Below, one piece after another: positions 1 through 7,252 of a stretch of 24,000 nt of DNA. The notes beneath the pieces are model-generated. The model was not told the DNA's origin, ran no database searches, and saw only the letters and a list, made by a program, of their open reading frames with translations. The DNA comes from Candidatus Micrarchaeota archaeon (GTDB lineage: Archaea > Micrarchaeota > Micrarchaeia > Micrarchaeales > Micrarchaeaceae), in contig CAZQGC010000004.1 of assembly GCA_964592765.1 (NCBI GenBank), positions 25,233 to 49,232 on the forward strand. Direction: 5' to 3'. Numbering within the stretch: the stretch's first letter is position 1; the number at the start of each line of letters is the position of its first letter. Position numbers and translations under genes: made by a program.

Positions 1-952
1 AGAACATGAGTGAATAATACACGCTATTATTGTATATCGATTGCATCCTGTTTGCGAGTTTCTGCTTCTCAAAAGCCCTTGCAAATACCGGAAGCAGCAC
101 GAACGTGCTCGAAGTGAGAAAGACCTCGACGAATCCGCCCAGGTTGAATGCAGTACCGAAGTTCCCTACGATGCTCGCCGTGGCAAATGCACCGAGAAAA
201 GCGATTCCGAAGTTAATCACTCCAGTCTGCGCGATGTTGGAAACCACTATCGGGGCGGAGAATTTCGTGAGCCGCTTTATAACGGATTTTGAGACCCTCA
301 TCGTGCGCATGCCCAAGGGCGCCGTAACCATATAAAGCATGACGGCAAAACTCGCCGCAAAGCCTATGACTGTGCCAACTATTGCGCCAAAGACCCCGTA
401 TCCCGAGAGCACAAGAGCCACGACGGAAGCGAGCTCGATTAGCGAGTATAAGAGCACAACCTTTGTCGCCTTTCCGTTCATCCCCATGCCAACAAGTATG
501 GCAATGCAGAGATTAATCATCACCGAGAGGAAGATGGTGATGCACGCCGCCATGAGTGGCAGCGCAAGTGCCGGGTCGTTGTACATGTAGACGGCTGCAA
601 CAGAGCTTATTCCGATGCCGAAGACGGTTATTATCAATGAGAGCAAGCCGGACATCGCGAGGCTGCTTGCCACTACTTTTCCGATGCCTCCCTTGGTCCT
701 CCGTTCGGGTATCATTTTCCTCACAGCGGTCCCAAAGCCGAACCCGCCGCCTATGCTGAGGAAAGTTGAGAATGCTATCGCTATGGTGTATATTCCGTAT
801 TCCTTGGGTTGAAGGTATCTTGCAAGGAATATGAGCATCGCGAGCGTTATGAGTGCCCCTGCGATCTTTCCCGTAACGAATATGCTTCCGCCGCTTGCGG
901 TTGCCAAGCCGAGCTCCTCAATCTCCGTCCTTTCTGCGTCTTTTTTTGACAC
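1..952 (-). CDS. Oligosaccharide/polysaccharide flippase-like multi-pass membrane protein (MOP/Wzx-RfbX family), 3'-partial (runs off window start)
   Basis: The gene is absent from the ORF track because its stop lies outside the window. I translated the minus frame by hand from GTG at 952..950, and it stays open down to base 2 (317 codons). It reads VSKKDAERTEIEELGLATASGGSIFVTGKIAGALITLAMLIFLARYLQPKEYGIYTIAIAFSTFLSIGGGFGFGTAV..., followed by successive hydrophobic helices. The N-terminal pattern (GKIxxxxxxLxxxxxLARxLxPxxYG) is typical of Wzx-type flippases. Plus-strand ORFs 30..335, 339..590, 615..812 and 831..1265 share one frame and are its antisense shadow. Confidence 0.75.
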   Translation of the reverse strand, partial: MSKKDAERTEIEELGLATASGGSIFVTGKIAGALITLAMLIFLARYLQPKEYGIYTIAIAFSTFLSIGGGFGFGTAVRKMIPERRTKGGIGKVVASSLAMSGLLSLIITVFGIGISSVAAVYMYNDPALALPLMAACITIFLSVMINLCIAILVGMGMNGKATKVVLLYSLIELASVVALVLSGYGVFGAIVGTVIGFAASFAVMLYMVTAPLGMRTMRVSKSVIKRLTKFSAPIVVSNIAQTGVINFGIAFLGAFATASIVGNFGTAFNLGGFVEVFLTSSTFVLLPVFARAFEKQKLANRMQSIYNNSVYYSLMF

Positions 953-953
953 C

Positions 954-2099
954 CTAACCCCTGACTATGAACTCGTCGAGCCTGTCCCTAAACCGCTCTT
1001 TCTTCTGCCTGTGTTTCCTAAGGTACTCGTTTATGGTTTCGGCAAGATGCGCCTTGTGCTCTCCCGCAAGCATGGTGCCGTTCCTTTCCGCGTCGAATAT
1101 TGCAGCAAGTTTCTTGTCGTCAGGTTCAAAGAAATACTTATAGTACTGGCAAACCACACACTTTTCCGGGTCGCCGCCGTATTTCTTTTGAAGTTCTGCG
1201 GTCGCCTGTTGCCCGGTGAGCGCCTTGCCTATCTTCTTCCTTACAGTGTCATCATCATCATTTAGATATATTGTGTTCGACTGGTCACTGGCCGACATCT
1301 TCGGCGTGCCGTTGAGTCCCGGCAGGAACTTTGCATGGATTATCGCCGGCTTGTAATATCCGAGCTTGTCTATGACATCCCGGGCGAGCCTGAAGTGCAC
1401 GTCCTGATCTATCGCGAGCGGTATCAGGCACGGCACATTCTTTTCCATCTCGACCGACTTCAGGAAGGCCGGCACGGCCTGCATGCTCGTGTAGAATATC
1501 CAGCCGATGTTTGCTTCGTTCGTCAGACCGAAGGCATCTTTGACTGTAGAGAATGTTATGTGCCGCGCCACCCGCACAGCCTGCTTATACAGTACATCCG
1601 CATATTCCGTATTGAGGAATATCTTCGTCTTTTTAGGTTTGAAGCCCAGGGCTGCGATGTTGAGCGCATCATCGTACGCCAGTTCGTGCGTCTTCTCTAA
1701 AGTCAATGAAAGATCCTTCCTTGCCAGGAATTTCTCCTCATCGGGTATCTGGATATACACTTCGGCATCGAATTTGTCCTGCAGCCATTTTGCAAGGACG
1801 AAAGGTATGAGGTGCCCGACAGTCATGTTGCCGGATGGTGCTATTCCAGTATAGATATAGAACCTGTTGCCCTTCTCATATTCATTGAGCAGCCAGCTGA
1901 GCTCACGGTGTGCGTAGTATATGCCGCGGTTTATCATGAAATGCGGGCTTCCCGTGTATTTGGCTATCCGCTTAATCAAGTCCTCGTCAATTAGGTTTAT
2001 GCCGGAGCTGCGTGCGAAGGCATCATAGTCTATCTTGCCCTCTACCTTCCATGGATTAACCTCGAAGCCCTCGGCCATAAAATCATTAGAAAGTGGCAA
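954..2099 (-). CDS. trpS: Tryptophanyl-tRNA synthetase, archaeal/eukaryotic type
   Basis: The 381-aa ORF carries a class I aaRS signature TGIAPSGNMTVGHLIPF (HIGH-like) and a KMSAS loop (GTPKMSASD). It also has the WLQDKFDAEVYIQIPDEEKF block typical of archaeal TrpRS. The track start at 2099 is TTG; the first ATG is at 2078 (MAEGFEVNPW...). Confidence 0.9.
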   Translation of the reverse strand: MPLSNDFMAEGFEVNPWKVEGKIDYDAFARSSGINLIDEDLIKRIAKYTGSPHFMINRGIYYAHRELSWLLNEYEKGNRFYIYTGIAPSGNMTVGHLIPFVLAKWLQDKFDAEVYIQIPDEEKFLARKDLSLTLEKTHELAYDDALNIAALGFKPKKTKIFLNTEYADVLYKQAVRVARHITFSTVKDAFGLTNEANIGWIFYTSMQAVPAFLKSVEMEKNVPCLIPLAIDQDVHFRLARDVIDKLGYYKPAIIHAKFLPGLNGTPKMSASDQSNTIYLNDDDDTVRKKIGKALTGQQATAELQKKYGGDPEKCVVCQYYKYFFEPDDKKLAAIFDAERNGTMLAGEHKAHLAETINEYLRKHRQKKERFRDRLDEFIVRG

Positions 2100-2108
2100 A
2101 CAAAGCTT

Positions 2109-2402
2109 TTATTGCTTGCCCTCCTGGTATTCATTGGGGAGGCTTGCGCATTTTCTGCACTCGCCCTGGTCAATTTCTATCCTTTTATCTCCATTCTCAT
2201 ACGCAAATAGCTTCCCTTCTTCCTCGTTGCTTGCATGCATGTGCGATCCATCGCAGAACGGCTTGTGTTTTGACAGTCCGCATGCGCACACATGAATCTG
2301 ATAATCTTGGACCTTCTTATCCTGAACGAGCCTGTCCATTCCCGGGAGATCCCCCACCTTGACAGTAAATGGCGCAGCCATGCCATGCTTCACAATTCTC
2401 AT
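2109..2402 (-). CDS. CDGSH-type [2Fe-2S] iron-sulfur domain protein (mitoNEET-like)
   Basis: The 97-aa ORF contains CACGLSKHKPFCDGSH, which matches the CDGSH signature C-x-C-x2-S-x3-P-x-C-D-G-S-H. It starts with ATG at 2402. Its stop lies 9 nt upstream of the trpS TTG, in the same orientation. Confidence 0.85.
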   Translation of the reverse strand: MRIVKHGMAAPFTVKVGDLPGMDRLVQDKKVQDYQIHVCACGLSKHKPFCDGSHMHASNEEEGKLFAYENGDKRIEIDQGECRKCASLPNEYQEGKQ

Positions 2403-2634
2403 TTATATCCCGTATATATTGGCCCTGCCAAAATTATAATGTTTTTTGCATACGTGTAAGAAGTAAGGTACATGCTGCAATTGCATGGTTTTCTGCAGTT
2501 CTATGCTGCCCGATTTGGTCAGCCAAGGCCAAAATAATCAAAAGGCTTTTATATATTAATGCATCAAAAGTAAATACTTTTGACTTAAATAGCATAACGG
2601 ATCTTAACGAGCTTTTCGAAGATTGGTGTCTTAA

Positions 2635-2787
2635 ATGGGAAAATTTCCGGTCGCAGACGCTGAAATCACCAGCGTTTTAGTATGTAGGCGATGCAAGGCA
2701 AGGAACAGCCGCAGCAATAAGAAGTGCAGAAAATGTGGCTACACTTCGTTAAGACCGAAAAACAAGACTGTAAAGAGGAAGAAGTAA
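2635..2787 (+). CDS. rpl40e: 50S ribosomal protein L40e
   Basis: At 50 aa this gene is below the ORF-track cutoff. Hand translation gives MGKFPVADAEITSVLVCRRCKARNSRSNKKCRKCGYTSLRPKNKTVKRKK. It has a C-x2-C-x10-C-x2-C zinc ribbon, and KCRKCGY..LRPK is characteristic of archaeal L40e. A GGTG sits ~8 nt upstream of the ATG. Confidence 0.9.
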   Translation: MGKFPVADAEITSVLVCRRCKARNSRSNKKCRKCGYTSLRPKNKTVKRKK

Positions 2788-2808
2788 TCGTATTCATAGC
2801 GTGAGTTT

Positions 2809-3027
2809 ATGGCAGATTTAACACCCATGGAGCAATTGATAATGAAAGCGATGCAGGATCTCGGTGCGACAAAGGATACATCGATAAAGACTGCAGACGA
2901 CATAACCAAGAAGTGCAACAGGCCGAAGGGGCTTGTCAACAACACACTTGCGGATCTCGCCCACAAGGGCGTCATAAAGCGCATCGCGCGGGAGAAGGCA
3001 TCTGGATACTATATACCCCAAAAGTGA
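2809..3027 (+). CDS. Small winged-helix DNA-binding protein (72 aa)
   Basis: The sequence MADLTPMEQLIMKAMQDLGATKDTSIKTADDITKKCNRPKGLVNNTLADLAHKGVIKRIAREKASGYYIPQK follows the helix-turn-helix plus beta-wing pattern of MarR/Z-alpha-like wH domains. It starts 21 nt after the rpl40e stop, so co-transcription is likely. Confidence 0.6.
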   Translation: MADLTPMEQLIMKAMQDLGATKDTSIKTADDITKKCNRPKGLVNNTLADLAHKGVIKRIAREKASGYYIPQK

Positions 3028-3031
3028 TTTT

Positions 3032-3505
3032 GTGGATGATGAGCCTTCCGAGTACGTGGACTTCATGGTCAAGTACAAGGGCTGGCTTGCTATAAAACGT
3101 CTCGGAATCCGGGAGCATACCACTCCCCAGGAGGTAGTGATGCACCTATCGAGCATCCGCGGCGCGATAGACAGCAGGATGTATAAAATGCTTGGGATAG
3201 ACACCGATTCCATTGATACGCTCGCCGCCGAGCTCACTTCCGGAAAGAAGGGTCCCGAAGCGATTGGGGACTCGATTCGCGCAGCCGAGCAGGCTCCGAT
3301 AAAAGGGCGCATCAGTGCAGCCTGTTCTACGTCAACCGCAACACGCATAGCACAAATATACCTGGCAAACAAGATATTGTTCAATCTCAACGTCGACGTG
3401 TCGCTTACCCCGGCAATAATGGCAAAGCTGTACCCCGAACTGAAACTGTCAACACCGAAAGGTGTCGGGGTTCCGGGAAGGAAAAAGAAGCCAAAAACAG
3501 TGTAA
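3032..3505 (+). CDS. Hypothetical protein (157 aa) with basic C-terminal tail
   Basis: A GTG start lies 4 nt after the upstream stop. The composition is protein-like, whereas the overlapping antisense ORF 2818..3390 looks like junk. The C-terminus is GRKKKPKTV. I recognise no family. Confidence 0.5.
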   Translation: MDDEPSEYVDFMVKYKGWLAIKRLGIREHTTPQEVVMHLSSIRGAIDSRMYKMLGIDTDSIDTLAAELTSGKKGPEAIGDSIRAAEQAPIKGRISAACSTSTATRIAQIYLANKILFNLNVDVSLTPAIMAKLYPELKLSTPKGVGVPGRKKKPKTV

Positions 3506-3515
3506 TTGTTTACGC

Positions 3516-4847
3516 TCAGTTGTGCCTGGCCATCCTTCTGTAACGGTTCAGTTCTACCAGGTTCTTTACTTTTTCAGTGCCGTATTTGCCAAGCACATCG
3601 ATGAGCGGCACCAGGTCTCCCAGCGTTTCCTGGATTATGTGTTCGTTGTCCAGTAGCTTCATCTGAATCTGTTCGTCTGACACCTTTGCCACTTCGTCAG
3701 CCACCCTCCATGTCATCACATCCTTTATCGCCAGCATCCCGAAATCCGCCGTGAGCGCATCCCAGATTGCATCGCTTCCAAATCTTGCCATCTCGTGTGC
3801 AACGCTCCATAACCGATTATCGAAGGTTCTCGGCATCGCGGCAAAATCGAAAAGGTGCATTGCCGTATCGGCTTCTGCGCATGCCGCAATCTCATGGGCG
3901 ACGCTGCGCCCATTCTTGTCCTTCATTGCAAGTATTCCTTCCTTTCTGGTCAGTTCAAGCCTTATGCCCTCCGGGCCCTTCTCGGCTAGCCTGTGTGCAA
4001 CGCTGATTCCGCCATTGTCTCTTAGTGTAAGTATATCCTCATACTGCAAAAGCATCCTGCGCAGTTCAAGCGTCCCGTAAGCAACTACTTGGTGTGCTAC
4101 GGTTTCCCCCGTGAGCGCATCGTGTGTGGCAAGTGCATTTCTCCTCTCAAGCAGTTTATATACGCGTTCATCGAAACTCGAGAGTGCAATGAAGTTTGCG
4201 ACTGTCCTGCCCACGCCGTCCTTCAGCCAAAGCGTATCCCTGTTGCAAGCTAATCCTGCAAGAATGCGGTTCCCTCCGGAGAGCGCAAGCACGTGCGCCA
4301 CTGTGGTCCCTGTTTCGTTCCGCATGCCTAGAATCTCGGCGTGTCTCAGCAGCCGCATCCGGGCCTTTTCAGGACCGAGCTTAGCTATCGTATGTGCTAC
4401 CGTGCCCCTTGCGCAATTAGTTGTTGCAACCGCCTTCTCGTTGTCCGCAAGCATTACCCTCGCATCGCCTTCGGAATTTTCTGCGATATCCTGCGCAACG
4501 CTCCTGCCGTTGTGATTCTGCAGCATGACAATTTCGGTGTCCCCCGCTATCTGGATACGGGCCTTCTCCGGGCCGTACCTGCCTACGAAGTGCGCTACTG
4601 TATCCCCGTCATCATTGCCCATGAACAGAAGATTGCGCTGCACTGCTAGTATCTCCTGGAGTTCCTCTGATGCACCTCCTGCTACAAGAAAATGGGCAAT
4701 CGTGTTGCCGTGCGTGTCGCAGATGCGCAGCATCTCGGGAGTAAGCTGCATATCAAGGTTTCTTGCAATCTGTGTGCTGGCCGATTCAGTCTGTCCAGTC
4801 TTACCGGGATTTTCGGTTGTCTTTATCCTGTTGCGCGAGTGTGCCAT
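3516..4847 (-). CDS. Ankyrin-like repeat protein, ~11 tandem 33-aa repeats
   Basis: The 443-aa ORF repeats the unit G-x-(T/S)-V-A-H-x-(I/L/V)-A-x-x-G ... L ... D-x-x every 32-34 aa. Examples are GNTIAHFLVAGG, GDTVAHFVGRYG, GTTVAHVLALSG, GETVAHQVVAYG, GISVAHRLAEKG and GRSVAHEIAACA. Both the period and the G-TxxH-xA-xG core match the ankyrin consensus (G-TPLH-xA). Confidence 0.75.
   Translation of the reverse strand: MAHSRNRIKTTENPGKTGQTESASTQIARNLDMQLTPEMLRICDTHGNTIAHFLVAGGASEELQEILAVQRNLLFMGNDDGDTVAHFVGRYGPEKARIQIAGDTEIVMLQNHNGRSVAQDIAENSEGDARVMLADNEKAVATTNCARGTVAHTIAKLGPEKARMRLLRHAEILGMRNETGTTVAHVLALSGGNRILAGLACNRDTLWLKDGVGRTVANFIALSSFDERVYKLLERRNALATHDALTGETVAHQVVAYGTLELRRMLLQYEDILTLRDNGGISVAHRLAEKGPEGIRLELTRKEGILAMKDKNGRSVAHEIAACAEADTAMHLFDFAAMPRTFDNRLWSVAHEMARFGSDAIWDALTADFGMLAIKDVMTWRVADEVAKVSDEQIQMKLLDNEHIIQETLGDLVPLIDVLGKYGTEKVKNLVELNRYRRMARHN
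3600..4750 (-). repeat. 99-nt periodicity from the ankyrin-like repeats (coding tandem repeat, diverged)
   Basis: On the plus strand the motif (G/A)TG(T/C/G)GC(A/T/C)AC(G/T/C)(G/C)T recurs at 3993, 4092, 4194, 4293, 4392, 4491, 4590 and 4692. The spacings are 99, 102, 99, 99, 99, 99 and 102 nt. Confidence 0.8.
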
Positions 4848-4975
4848 GCCACGACGCCCCTGCCTATAAAAAAAGATTGTTGTATTAGATATAAATAACT
4901 TCTATACGCACGGCCTCAACGCATTTTTGGTCTGGCCGATCAAGGCAAAGAGGGCTGGGTAAAGCTATAGCCGCA

Positions 4976-5008
4976 GGCATACGGCCGGATATTTGAGGGC
5001 CGTATGCC
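4976..5008. repeat. Perfect 11-bp inverted repeat (hairpin) with an 11-nt loop in an intergenic region
   Basis: GGCATACGGCC (4976..4986) and GGCCGTATGCC (4998..5008) are exact reverse complements. The loop is GGATATTTGAG. The element lies 65 nt downstream of the HMGS-like stop and ~130 nt upstream of the ankyrin-gene start. Confidence 0.8.
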
Positions 5009-5072
5009 CAGGTAGGGTATGCACTCTTTCGGAACGCAATGCCCCACACGGCGGCAGGGGTGCGCCTTTGAG

Positions 5073-7034
5073 TTAGTGCCGTATCGTAAGCGCCTTTACC
5101 TTGCCGTCGCCATCGACATAAGCGTACCTGCCTGTGCCGTCGGGCTTCCTCAACAGCACATGGAAGCCTTCCGACAGTTTCTCGGTGTGCAGTATCTCCA
5201 TGTCCTTTTCGATTGGATTTCCGCCCGAAGCGTCCGAAATCAGCCTCTCCGCATCACCTTTTATGAGCTCCTCATGGAGGACTTTATACTGTTCGGCAGT
5301 TATGCGGTTCTGGTTGCCCGTCTTTATTGCTATATTCCTTCCTACAGATTCCGGAGTTGCAATGATATCTATGGTGTATGCCATCGACTGCGCCCCGCTC
5401 CCGTACCCGACGAATATGCCCTTTCTGGATTCCGGTTCCGACGAAAAGTCGTACCTTGTCAGTGCACTAGCAAGGCTGACGAATGCAGAGCTCGAATACG
5501 AGTTGCCAATCTCTGAAGGGAGTGCGAGTGCCTCGTTTATGTGGAACCTGCCTATGAACTCCTTGAATTCCGGCTGCTTCCCCAGTTTCTTTATCCAGCT
5601 CCATGCATCCGATATGCCCTTGTCCTTTTCTATCCAGTCCACTATCTCCCATTCCTCCTTGCCCCCGCCCCTATTGAAGTCCTTCAGCCTCTCCTCTATT
5701 AGGTCTGTCAGCGATTTTCCGCCCATGGGCGATTTTCCTAGGCTTTCCCTATCCTGCATCTCATCCAGGTGCTTTGGTTCATAATCCTCCAGATAGCGTG
5801 CGAACAGGTAACTTGTGAAATATATCGCCTGCTTCGGGAACGGCACGTGTGATATGAAAAAGCCGAATCCCCCAAGGTCGAATTCTCCGTTGCTCTTCGA
5901 GTAGTGCTCCTCGAGCTGATCCAGCGCCTTCGATACTACATAGATGTATGCGAGTTCGGAGAACGTGCCGTACACCACCGGCGTTTCACTGCCGAATTTG
6001 GTAAAATCGGAGAGTGTTTCATGGAAGCTTCCGACGCCCGGCTTCGGCATCACGCTTACAAGCTCCGGATTGCCGGAAACCCACATTGCAACTGCCGCTG
6101 CGCCCTGCGTCGCCTCCGCATTCTTCGCCTTTTTGCCGTCGTATACCGCAGTGTCGGCAGTGATAACGAGCGCCGATTCCGGCTCATCCGAACTGAGGCT
6201 GCCCCTCACTCTATTGACCGCTTCGTTCATCGCGAGTACGCCGCCGACGCATGCAAACGTTATCGGTACGACAGACGCATTCTTGAGCATGTCGATGATC
6301 GGCCTATATTTTGCCTCGTCTTCCTCAATGAGTTTTGATGCAACTATCATCAGTGAAGGCTCTATTTCCGGCCTGCTCCTGTCCGCGTTGCTTTCAGTGG
6401 CGAAATAGATGCTGCGTATTGGTGCATCCGCAAGCCTGTCCATGGCGTGGCTGTCGTCGGTGATGCCCTTTACCATGCTGTACAGGGCGTCCGCGACAAA
6501 GGTCACGTTGCTCTCGGACAGCCCAGGCAGGACCATCTTGTTTATCATCAGCCCATGCTTTATCTTGCCGTTCTCGAATCCCAGCAGCTTTTCCATCTCA
6601 TCCGATCCCATTCCAACTCCGGGTGCCGCAACGACCATCTTCGTTATTCCGACCTGCGCCTGCACGTTGGATTCTATGCTTGTGAACTCCCGCCTCTGTA
6701 CTTCCCCAGACCCAAGGTACGCGAAAGAAGCTGAGAATGCCTCCGGCAATTCCGCAACATCAGAATCCGGTCTTGCAGACCATTCGTAAAACTCCCGCAT
6801 TTCGTCCGAATTCCCGAATACGCTCCTTTCATTAGCAAAGCCGTTCAATGGCCATTCCGCCGGATTTCCAATCTGCGTTTCCCAGTTGCCTTCGGGACCG
6901 TGCAGTTCGGAAATCTGCTCTGCCCACTCTTTGGCCCATTCATTGTTTATCTCGTTCTGTTTTTCAGCTGGCTGCTTTGCCGCGCCCTCGGGGCTCCTCG
7001 AGCGGAAGTTTCTGCTTTGTTGCATTGAAATCAC
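5073..7034 (-). CDS. HMG-CoA synthase-like condensing enzyme (bacterial MvaS-type core) with ~117-aa N-terminal extension
   Basis: The 653-aa ORF carries several blocks that match MvaS/HMGS motifs. FATESNADRSRP matches the catalytic Glu block (ATES.vD.sK). ITFACVGGVLAMNEA matches the catalytic Cys block. ALVITADTAVYDG...ATQGAAAVAMWVSGNP matches vIAtDtArY...PTQGAGAVAM. FISHVPFPKQA matches the catalytic His block (FHvPf.KM). The GNSYSSSAFVSLASAL and FVGYGSGAQS blocks are also present. The track start at 7034 is GTG; the first ATG is at 7025. Confidence 0.8.
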   Translation of the reverse strand: MISMQQSRNFRSRSPEGAAKQPAEKQNEINNEWAKEWAEQISELHGPEGNWETQIGNPAEWPLNGFANERSVFGNSDEMREFYEWSARPDSDVAELPEAFSASFAYLGSGEVQRREFTSIESNVQAQVGITKMVVAAPGVGMGSDEMEKLLGFENGKIKHGLMINKMVLPGLSESNVTFVADALYSMVKGITDDSHAMDRLADAPIRSIYFATESNADRSRPEIEPSLMIVASKLIEEDEAKYRPIIDMLKNASVVPITFACVGGVLAMNEAVNRVRGSLSSDEPESALVITADTAVYDGKKAKNAEATQGAAAVAMWVSGNPELVSVMPKPGVGSFHETLSDFTKFGSETPVVYGTFSELAYIYVVSKALDQLEEHYSKSNGEFDLGGFGFFISHVPFPKQAIYFTSYLFARYLEDYEPKHLDEMQDRESLGKSPMGGKSLTDLIEERLKDFNRGGGKEEWEIVDWIEKDKGISDAWSWIKKLGKQPEFKEFIGRFHINEALALPSEIGNSYSSSAFVSLASALTRYDFSSEPESRKGIFVGYGSGAQSMAYTIDIIATPESVGRNIAIKTGNQNRITAEQYKVLHEELIKGDAERLISDASGGNPIEKDMEILHTEKLSEGFHVLLRKPDGTGRYAYVDGDGKVKALTIRH

Positions 7035-7056
7035 GGGTAGACATTAAGCGGAAACA

Positions 7057-7064
7057 TTTATAAA
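7057..7064. promoter_or_regulatory. Palindromic TATA box (TTTATAAA), candidate promoter of the HMGS-like gene
   Basis: TTTATAAA is centred ~26 nt upstream of the GTG at 7034 on the minus strand, which fits a leaderless archaeal transcript. Confidence 0.45.
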
Positions 7065-7252
7065 GAGACGAATCGGCATTAGACATTTGACGAGCCAATT
7101 TTGACGGCGTGCTCTAGTCGACACTATTGCATATGCGGTCAAAACGGAAAGGCTATAAAGGTTGGAAGCCAAATAAACTTTTGGGTCCAATGGGATTTCC
7201 TACCCGCGGAAACGCCGTAATTGCGAGTCCGAACTGCGCCTAAGGTGCCAAG

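Noticed and set aside
30-1265. A chain of plus-strand ORFs (30..335, 339..590, 615..812, 831..1265), all in the same frame and interrupted by three stops. It could be read as a pseudogene.
   Set aside because: The translations are low-complexity and antisense-like. The opposite strand carries an uninterrupted, convincing flippase ORF (1..952) and the trpS 3' end. These ORFs are antisense shadows, not a degraded gene.
2818-3390. A 190-aa minus-strand ORF overlapping the wHTH and 157-aa genes.
   Set aside because: The translation is Cys/Arg/Leu-rich and looks non-proteinaceous. The plus-strand genes have tight operon spacing (21 nt and 4 nt) and a recognisable wHTH.
5134-6789. Multiple plus-strand ORFs (216, 144, 154 and 126 aa) antisense to the HMGS-like gene.
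   Set aside because: Their composition is low-complexity. The minus strand has conserved catalytic motifs along its whole length.
7133-7243. A 36-aa basic ORF (MRSKRKGYKGWKPNKLLGPMGFPTRGNAVIASPNCA) in the same frame as the PIN gene and separated from it by a TAA. It could be an N-terminal extension, a recoding site or a small r-protein.
   Set aside because: It contains the likely operon TATA box (CTATAAAG, ~7152..7159). It matches no small ribosomal protein I know. The PIN domain begins properly at the TTG start (KYTLIDTSS).
7190-7250. A T-loop-like GAGTCCGAAC / GTTCGGAC segment that suggested a tRNA.
   Set aside because: No 5-bp T-stem flanks it on either strand, and no acceptor, D or anticodon arms can be built. 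I checked the other large intergenic regions (2403..2634, 4848..5072, 13577..13770) and found no tRNA-like folds there either.
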